A DNA stretch of 63,331 bases, counting the filler. It is 20 parts of 20 records of this genome, joined end to end, with 100 filler letters (N's around TTAATTAATTAA, not from the genome) between each part and the next. Parts side by side here need not be neighbours in the genome. Positions count along the whole stretch, not along the records: positions 51,164 to 55,879 come from SRR11831580_4851; positions 55,980 to 60,474 come from SRR11831580_4862; positions 60,575 to 63,331 come from SRR11831580_4868; 17 more parts are not named here. One strand, 5' to 3'. Position numbers and translations under genes: made by a program. Under the pieces are notes generated by a model, which made no database searches, was not told where the DNA came from, and worked only from the letters and a program-made list of their open reading frames with translations. How positions within the stretch are numbered: position 1 is the stretch's first letter; each line of letters starts with the position of its first letter. Shown in pieces: positions 54,099 to 63,331 of the stretch.

Positions 54099-55588
54099 AA
54101 CGCCCCAATTTTCTGTTCGTCATGACCGATACCCAGGCCACCAATATGGTCGGTTGCTATAGCGGTAAACCGCTGAATACGCAAAATATTGATAGTCTGG
54201 CGGCGGAAGGTATTCGCTTTAATTCCGCCTACACCTGTTCACCGGTTTGTACGCCTGCACGGGCCGGACTATTTACCGGTATCTACGCTAACCAGTCCGG
54301 CCCGTGGACCAACAACGTCGCGCCAGGCAAAAACATCTCCACTATGGGGCGCTACTTTAAGGATGCCGGCTATCACACCTGTTACATCGGCAAATGGCAT
54401 CTCGACGGTCATGACTATTTCGGCACTGGCGAGTGTCCGCCGGAGTGGGACGCTGATTACTGGTTCGATGGGGCGAACTATCTTAGCGAACTGACGGAAA
54501 AAGAGATTAGCCTGTGGCGCAATGGCCTAAACAGCGTCGAAGATTTACAGGCGAACCATATCGACGAAACCTTCACCTGGGCGCATCGTATCAGCAATCG
54601 GGCGGTGGATTTTCTGCAACAGCCTGCGCGCGCAGACGAGCCTTTCCTGATGGTGGTTTCGTATGATGAGCCGCATCACCCGTTCACCTGTCCGGTGGAG
54701 TATTTAGAGAAATACGCTGATTTTTACTACGAGCTGGGCGAGAAAGCACAGGATGACCTGGCTAACAAACCGGAACATCACCGCTTATGGGCGCAGGCGA
54801 TGCCATCGCCAGTCGGTGATGACGGGCTTTATCACCATCCGCTCTATTTTGCCTGTAATGACTTTGTTGATGACCAAATCGGACGGGTCATCAATGCCTT
54901 AACGCCAGAGCAACGTGAAAATACGTGGGTTATTTATACCTCCGATCACGGCGAAATGATGGGCGCACATAAGCTGATCAGTAAAGGGGCGGCGATGTAT
55001 GACGACATCACCCGCATTCCGCTGATCATCCGTTCGCCGCAAGGGGAGCGGCGACAGGTCGATACGCCAGTCAGTCATATCGATTTACTGCCGACAATGA
55101 TGGCGCTGGCAGATATTGAAAAACCAGAGATTCTGCCGGGGGAAAATATCCTTGCCGTGAAAGAGCCACGCGGCGTGATGGTGGAATTTAACCGCTACGA
55201 GATTGAGCATGACAGCTTTGGCGGTTTTATTCCGGTGCGTTGCTGGGTGACGGATGACTTTAAACTGGTACTCAACCTCTTCACCAGTGATGAACTTTAC
55301 GATCGCCGTAATGACCCAAATGAAATGCATAACCTGATCGATGATATCCGTTTTGCAGACGTTCGCAGCAAAATGCATGACGCCTTATTGGATTACATGG
55401 ACAAAATTCGCGATCCGTTCCGCAGTTACCAATGGAGTCTGCGTCCGTGGCGTAAAGATGCACGGCCGCGCTGGATGGGGGCGTTTCGTCCACGTCCACA
55501 AGATGGCTATTCGCCAGTTGTACGCGACTATGACACCGGCCTACCGACACAAGGGGTGAAGGTGGAGGAGAAAAAACAGAAGTTCTGA
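54095..55588 (+). CDS. yidJ: Cys-type sulfatase YidJ
   Basis: 497 aa; CTPAR (CxPxR), GKWHL and TSDHG. Confidence 0.93.
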   Translation: MKRPNFLFVMTDTQATNMVGCYSGKPLNTQNIDSLAAEGIRFNSAYTCSPVCTPARAGLFTGIYANQSGPWTNNVAPGKNISTMGRYFKDAGYHTCYIGKWHLDGHDYFGTGECPPEWDADYWFDGANYLSELTEKEISLWRNGLNSVEDLQANHIDETFTWAHRISNRAVDFLQQPARADEPFLMVVSYDEPHHPFTCPVEYLEKYADFYYELGEKAQDDLANKPEHHRLWAQAMPSPVGDDGLYHHPLYFACNDFVDDQIGRVINALTPEQRENTWVIYTSDHGEMMGAHKLISKGAAMYDDITRIPLIIRSPQGERRQVDTPVSHIDLLPTMMALADIEKPEILPGENILAVKEPRGVMVEFNRYEIEHDSFGGFIPVRCWVTDDFKLVLNLFTSDELYDRRNDPNEMHNLIDDIRFADVRSKMHDALLDYMDKIRDPFRSYQWSLRPWRKDARPRWMGAFRPRPQDGYSPVVRDYDTGLPTQGVKVEEKKQKF

Positions 55589-55591
55589 CGA

Positions 55592-55624
55592 TAATGCCCG
55601 CTGATGATCACCCGGCGGGCATTA
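55592..55624. terminator. Bidirectional hairpin terminator between yidJ and yidI
   Basis: TAATGCCCGC...GCGGGCATTA inverted repeat. Confidence 0.65.
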
Positions 55625-55634
55625 TTCAGGCTGC

Positions 55635-55879
55635 TTAAACCAGTGAACCGCCGGTCAGGAAGGAAAAGATAAGGAATATCAGCAAAATGCTGCACACGAT
55701 GCCGATACCAAAAAGCAAGGTATGGAAAGCCAGCGTCCCGCCGCCAAAAACCAGCGCGCCGCGAATGCCCCAGCGATTTTCCTTACGCATACCGCCAATA
55801 AATGCGCAAAGTAGCGCAGCAATGGCCAGTGCGATACCGCTTTGATTGAGGATTTTATCGACATCTACGTCCTCTTTTT
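55635..55879 (-). CDS. yidI: Inner membrane protein YidI, C-terminal fragment
   Basis: Hydrophobic minus-strand frame ending ...LLIFLIFSFLTGGSLV*; convergent with yidJ. Confidence 0.7.
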
Positions 55880-56106
55880 NNNNNNNNNNNNNNNNNNNNN
55901 NNNNNNNNNNNNNNNNNNNNNNNTTAATTAATTAANNNNNNNNNNNNNNNNNNNNNNNNNNNNNNNNNNNNNNNNNNNNTAATTGCCAGAATCTAACGGC
56001 TTTCGGCAATTACTCCAAAAGGGGGCGCTCTCTTTTATTGATCTTACGCATCCTGTATGATGCAAGCAGACTAACCCTATCAACGTTGGTATTATTTCCC
56101 GCAGAC

Positions 56107-57363
56107 ATGACCCTTTTAGCACTCGGTATCAACCATAAAACGGCACCTGTATCGCTGCGAGAACGTGTATCGTTTTCGCCGGATAAGCTCGATCAGGCGC
56201 TTGACAGCCTGCTTGCGCAGCCGATGGTGCAGGGCGGCGTGGTGCTGTCGACGTGCAACCGCACGGAACTTTATCTTAGCGTTGAAGAGCAGGACAACCT
56301 GCAAGAGGCGTTAATCCGCTGGCTTTGCGATTATCACAATCTTAATGAAGAAGATCTGCGTAAAAGCCTCTACTGGCATCAGGATAACGACGCGGTTAGC
56401 CATTTAATGCGTGTTGCCAGCGGCCTGGATTCACTGGTTCTGGGGGAGCCGCAGATCCTCGGTCAGGTTAAAAAAGCGTTTGCCGATTCGCAAAAAGGTC
56501 ATATGAAGGCCAGCGAACTGGAACGCATGTTCCAGAAATCTTTCTCTGTCGCGAAACGCGTTCGCACTGAAACAGATATCGGTGCCAGCGCTGTGTCTGT
56601 CGCTTTTGCGGCTTGTACGCTGGCGCGGCAGATCTTTGAATCGCTCTCTACGGTCACAGTGTTGCTGGTAGGCGCGGGCGAAACTATCGAGCTGGTGGCG
56701 CGTCATCTGCGCGAACACAAAGTACAGAAGATGATTATCGCCAACCGCACTCGCGAACGTGCCCAAATTCTGGCAGATGAAGTCGGCGCGGAAGTGATTG
56801 CCCTGAGTGATATCGACGAACGTCTGCGCGAAGCCGATATCATCATCAGTTCCACCGCCAGCCCGTTACCGATTATCGGGAAAGGCATGGTGGAGCGCGC
56901 ATTAAAAAGCCGTCGCAACCAACCAATGCTGTTGGTGGATATTGCCGTTCCGCGCGATGTTGAGCCGGAAGTTGGCAAACTGGCGAATGCTTATCTTTAT
57001 AGCGTTGATGATCTGCAAAGCATCATTTCGCACAACCTGGCGCAGCGTAAAGCCGCAGCGGTTGAGGCGGAAACTATTGTCGCTCAGGAAACCAGCGAAT
57101 TTATGGCGTGGCTGCGAGCACAAAGCGCCAGCGAAACCATTCGCGAGTATCGCAGCCAGGCAGAGCAAGTTCGCGATGAGTTAACCGCCAAAGCGTTAGC
57201 GGCCCTTGAGCAGGGCGGCGACGCGCAAGCCATTATGCAGGATCTGGCATGGAAACTGACTAACCGCTTGATCCATGCGCCAACGAAATCACTTCAACAG
57301 GCCGCCCGTGACGGGGATAACGAACGCCTGAATATTCTGCGCGACAGCCTCGGGCTGGAGTAG
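56107..57363 (+). CDS. hemA: Glutamyl-tRNA reductase
   Basis: 418 aa from [20 protein letters not shown] and GAGE motifs. Confidence 0.97.
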
Positions 57364-57404
57364 CAGTACATCATTTTCTTTTTTTACAGGGTGCATTTAC
57401 GCCT

Positions 57405-58487
57405 ATGAAGCCTTCTATCGTTGCCAAACTGGAAGCCCTGCATGAACGCCATGAAGAAGTTCAGGCGTTGCTGGGTGACGCGCAAACTATCGCCGACCAG
57501 GAACGTTTTCGCGCATTATCACGCGAATATGCGCAGTTAAGTGATGTTTCGCGCTGTTTTACCGACTGGCAACAGGTTCAGGAAGATATCGAAACCGCAC
57601 AGATGATGCTCGATGATCCTGAAATGCGTGAGATGGCGCAGGATGAACTGCGCGAAGCTAAAGAAAAAAGCGAGCAACTGGAACAGCAATTACAGGTTCT
57701 GTTACTGCCAAAAGATCCTGATGACGAACGTAACGCCTTCCTCGAAGTCCGAGCCGGAACCGGCGGCGACGAAGCGGCGCTGTTCGCGGGCGATCTGTTC
57801 CGTATGTACAGCCGTTATGCCGAAGCCCGCCGCTGGCGGGTAGAAATCATGAGCGCCAGCGAGGGTGAACATGGTGGTTATAAAGAGATCATCGCCAAAA
57901 TTAGCGGTGATGGTGTGTATGGTCGTCTGAAATTTGAATCCGGCGGTCATCGCGTGCAACGTGTTCCTGCTACGGAATCGCAGGGTCGTATTCATACTTC
58001 TGCTTGTACCGTTGCGGTAATGCCAGAACTGCCTGACGCAGAACTGCCGGACATCAACCCAGCAGATTTACGCATTGATACTTTCCGCTCGTCAGGGGCG
58101 GGTGGTCAGCACGTTAACACCACCGATTCGGCAATTCGTATTACTCACTTGCCGACCGGGATTGTTGTTGAATGTCAGGACGAACGTTCACAACATAAAA
58201 ACAAAGCTAAAGCACTTTCTGTTCTCGGTGCTCGCATCCACGCTGCTGAAATGGCAAAACGCCAACAGGCCGAAGCGTCTACCCGTCGTAACCTGCTGGG
58301 GAGTGGCGATCGCAGCGACCGTAACCGTACTTACAACTTCCCGCAGGGGCGCGTTACCGATCACCGCATCAACCTGACGCTCTACCGCCTGGATGAAGTG
58401 ATGGAAGGTAAGCTGGATATGCTGATTGAACCGATTATCCAGGAACATCAGGCCGACCAACTGGCGGCGTTGTCCGAGCAGGAATAA
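57405..58487 (+). CDS. prfA: Peptide chain release factor 1
   Basis: 360 aa; GGQ and PAT motifs. Confidence 0.97.
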
Positions 58488-59319
58488 TGGAATATCAACA
58501 CTGGTTACGTGAAGCAATAAGCCAACTTCAGGCGAGCGAAAGCCCGCGGCGTGATGCTGAAATCCTGCTGGAGCATGTTACCGGCAGAGGGCGTACTTTT
58601 ATTCTCGCCTTTGGTGAAACGCAGCTGACTGACGAACAATGTCAGCAACTTGATGCGCTACTGACACGTCGTCGCGATGGTGAACCCATTGCTCATTTAA
58701 CCGGGGTGCGAGAATTCTGGTCGTTGCCGTTATTTGTTTCGCCAGCGACCTTAATTCCGCGCCCGGATACGGAGTGTCTGGTGGAGCAGGCACTGGCGCG
58801 GTTGCCTGAACAACCTTGCCGTATTCTCGATCTCGGGACGGTACCGGGGCGATTGCGCTTGCGCTGGCTAGCGAGCGCCCGGACTGCGAAATTATCGCTG
58901 TAGATCGTATGCCTGATGCTGTCTCCCTGGCACAACGTAATGCCCAGCATCTGGCGATCAAAAATATCCACATTCTGCAAAGCGACTGGTTTAGCGCGCT
59001 AGCCGGGCAGCAGTTTGCGATGATTGTCAGCAATCCGCCGTATATTGACGAGCAGGACCCTCATCTTCAACAAGGCGATGTCCGCTTTGAGCCGCTCACT
59101 GCGCTGGTTGCGGCAGACAGTGGAATGGCAGACATCGTGCATATCATCGAACAGTCGCGTAACGCGCTGGTATCCGGCGGCTTTCTGCTTCTGGAACATG
59201 GCTGGCAGCAGGGCGAAGCGGTGCGACAAGCATTTATCCTCGCGGGGTATCATGACGTCGAAACCTGCCGTGACTATGGTGATAACGAGCGCGTAACGCT
59301 CGGCCGCTATTATCAATGA
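58487..59319 (+). CDS. prmC: Release factor glutamine methyltransferase PrmC, with apparent -1 frameshift at 58840-58841
   Basis: LIPRPDTE, LDLGT/GTGAIA split across two frames, NPPY; span 833 nt. Confidence 0.92.
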
Positions 59320-59708
59320 CAAGTTTTTCTACACTGCTTAGTGTTCATCTTATTAGTATCGCGCTTTCTGTTGGGCTATTAACCTTACGTTTCTGGCTAC
59401 GTTATCAGAAGCATCCACAGGCATTTGCTCGCTGGACGCGCATTGTGCCGCCGGTTGTCGATACGCTGTTACTGTTAAGCGGCATTGCGTTGATGGCTAA
59501 AGCGCACATCCTGCCATTTTCCGGGCAGGCACAGTGGCTGACTGAAAAGCTGTTTGGAGTTATCATTTATATCGTTTTGGGTTTTATTGCACTCGATTAT
59601 CGTCGTATGCACAGTCAGCAGGCGCGCATTATTGCCTTCCCGCTGGCGTTGGTGGTGCTGTACATCATCATTAAACTCGCCACCACAAAAGTACCGTTAC
59701 TGGGGTAA
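59316..59708 (+). CDS. ychQ: SirB2-family membrane protein YchQ
   Basis: 130 aa hydrophobic; DTLLLLSG and WLTEK; operon position. Confidence 0.88.
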   Translation: MTSFSTLLSVHLISIALSVGLLTLRFWLRYQKHPQAFARWTRIVPPVVDTLLLLSGIALMAKAHILPFSGQAQWLTEKLFGVIIYIVLGFIALDYRRMHSQQARIIAFPLALVVLYIIIKLATTKVPLLG

Positions 59709-59711
59709 GTC

Positions 59712-60474
59712 ATGAGATCGTTAGCTGATTTCGAATTTAATAAAGCGCCATTGTGCGAAGGCATGATCCTGGCTTGCGAAGCAATCCGCCGCGATTTTCC
59801 CTCGCAAGATGTTTACGACGAACTGGAGCGTCTCGTTAGTCTGGCGAAGGAAGAAATCAGCCAGCTTCTGCCTTTAGAAGAGCAGTTGGAAAAACTGATC
59901 GCGCTGTTTTACGGCGACTGGGGATTTAAAGCCTCACGCGGTGTTTATCGTCTTTCCGATGCATTATGGCTGGACCAGGTGTTAAAGAATCGACAGGGCA
60001 GTGCGGTATCATTAGGTGCGGTTTTATTATGGGTCGCGAATCGTCTCGATTTGCCGCTGCTGCCGGTGATTTTCCCTACGCAGCTGATATTGCGCATTGA
60101 ATGTCCGGATGGCGAAATTTGGCTGATTAATCCTTTTAACGGTGAATCGTTAAGCGAACATATGCTGGACGTATGGTTAAAGGGAAATATCAGCCCGTCG
60201 GCGGAACTGTTTTATGAAGACCTTGATGAAGCTGATAACATTGAGGTAATCCGCAAATTGCTGGATACACTCAAAGCCTCGTTGATGGAAGAAAATCAGA
60301 TGGAGCTGGCGTTACGCACCAGCGAAGCTTTATTACAATTCAACCCTGAAGATCCCTATGAAATTCGCGATCGCGGGTTGATTTATGCGCAACTGGATTG
60401 CGAACACGTTGCGTTGAACGATTTAAGTTATTTCGTTGAACAGTGTCCGGAAGACCCGATCAGCGAAATGATCC
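59712..60474 (+). CDS. ychA: Transglutaminase-like/TPR protein YchA (3' truncated)
   Basis: MRSLADFEF; YEIRDRGLIYAQL TPR; operon position. Confidence 0.9.
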
Positions 60475-60574
60475 NNNNNNNNNNNNNNNNNNNNNNNNNN
60501 NNNNNNNNNNNNNNNNNNTTAATTAATTAANNNNNNNNNNNNNNNNNNNNNNNNNNNNNNNNNNNNNNNNNNNN

Positions 60575-61380
60575 CCCGTATGACCACTAACCCGCGCGAA
60601 CTGCTTATTGCCCGTAGCGCTGCGGATGTGATTGTCAACTCTGGCTACTTCAAAGAAGGTTTCTCCATGCAAACCGGCACCGGCGGCGCATCGCTGGCGG
60701 TAACCCGTTTCCTGGAAGACAAAATGCGTAGCCGCGATATTCGCGCCGACTTCGCCCTTGGCGGTATTACCGCGACGATGGTTGACCTGCACGAAAAAGG
60801 TCTGATCCGCAAACTGCTGGATGTGCAGAGCTTTGACAGCCATGCTGCGCAATCGCTGGCCCGTAACCCCAATCACATCGAAATCAGCGCCAACCAGTAC
60901 GCTAACTGGGGTTCGAAAGGCGCATCGGTTGATCGTCTCGACGTGGTGGTACTGAGCGCGCTGGAAATTGACACCCAGTTCAACGTTAACGTGCTGACCG
61001 GCTCTGACGGCGTACTGCGTGGTGCTTCCGGTGGTCACTGCGATACCGCGATTGCCTCTGCGCTTTCCATCATCGTCGCGCCGCTGGTACGCGGTCGTAT
61101 TCCGACTCTGGTGGATAACGTACTGACCTGCATCACCCCAGGCTCCAGTGTCGATATTCTGGTCACAGACCACGGTATCGCAGTTAACCCGGCACGTCCG
61201 GAACTGGCAGAACGTCTGCAGGAAGCGGGCATTAAAGTGGTTTCCATTGAGTGGCTGCGCGAACGTGCGCGTCTGCTGACCGGTGAACCACAGCCGATTG
61301 AATTCACAGACCGCGTCGTTGCCGTTGTGCGTTACCGCGATGGCTCGGTGATCGATGTTGTGCATCAGGTGAAGGAATAA
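60575..61380 (+). CDS. citF: Citrate lyase alpha subunit (5' truncated)
   Basis: QTGTGG and GASGGHCDTA; precedes citX. Confidence 0.93.
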
Positions 61381-61383
61381 GCC

Positions 61384-62788
<1,405 letters not shown>

Positions 62789-62838
62789 TTATTTAAGCAC
62801 TTGATAAATTTGGAAATATTAATTTTCGGAGAACCCGT

Positions 62839-63331
62839 ATGTCTTTAGCAAAAGATAATATATGGAAACTATTGGCCCCACTGGTGGTGATGGGTGTCAT
62901 GTTTCTTATCCCTGTCCCCGACGGTATGCCGCCGCAGGCATGGCATTACTTCGCTGTGTTTGTGGCAATGATTGTCGGCATGATCCTCGAGCCAATTCCG
63001 GCAACAGCGATCAGTTTTATTGCGGTTACTATTTGCGTTATTGGCAGTAATTACCTGCTCTTTGATGCCAAAGAATTAGCTGACCCAGCGTTTAATGCGC
63101 AAAAACAGGCGCTGAAATGGGGCCTGGCTGGTTTTTCCAGCACCACGGTATGGCTGGTATTTGGCGCATTTATTTTTGCATTAGGGTATGAAGTTTCCGG
63201 GTTAGGTCGTCGCATTGCCCTTTTCCTGGTGAAATTCATGGGCAAACGCACGCTGACGTTGGGTTATGCGATTGTCATTATCGACATTCTGCTGGCACCG
63301 TTTACACCTTCCAACACCGCGCGTACCGGGG
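62839..63331 (+). CDS. citT: Citrate/succinate antiporter CitT (3' end runs off window)
   Basis: ATG at 62839 gives MSLAKDNIWKLLAPLVVMG...PFTPSNTARTG, a DASS-family motif. Confidence 0.92.
   Translation, partial: MSLAKDNIWKLLAPLVVMGVMFLIPVPDGMPPQAWHYFAVFVAMIVGMILEPIPATAISFIAVTICVIGSNYLLFDAKELADPAFNAQKQALKWGLAGFSSTTVWLVFGAFIFALGYEVSGLGRRIALFLVKFMGKRTLTLGYAIVIIDILLAPFTPSNTARTG

Overview
This window is not contiguous DNA. It is 20 short contigs joined by 19 identical 100-nt linkers (44 N + TTAATTAATTAA + 44 N). Nineteen contigs are Escherichia coli K-12-like chromosome fragments in scrambled order: galF-wcaM, yhhXW-gntR, gcvPH, gfcDE, rtcRBA, cobC-rsfS-rlmH-mrdA, murE-ftsIL-rsmH, malPQ, tktB-ypfG-nudK-aegA, paaZABC, ygfK-ssnA, ycbX-zapC-pyrD, ascGFB, katG-yijE, gntU-yhgN-asd-glgBX, metLF-katG, yidLKJI, hemA-prfA-prmC-ychQA and citFXGT. 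They carry scattered single-base homopolymer frameshifts that look like sequencing errors. One contig (21636-23641) is not bacterial: it is eukaryotic DNA with spliceosomal GT-AG introns. It holds two divergently transcribed genes that the ORF track misses. The first is a + strand gene of at least 6 exons whose spliced product is a bacterial-type poly(ADP-ribose) glycohydrolase (DUF2263/TIGR02452-like) with an intact GGG-X7-QEE catalytic motif. The second is a - strand gene of at least 2 exons encoding a TMEM14-like small membrane protein. Gene names come from my recognition of the translated proteins; no database search was run.
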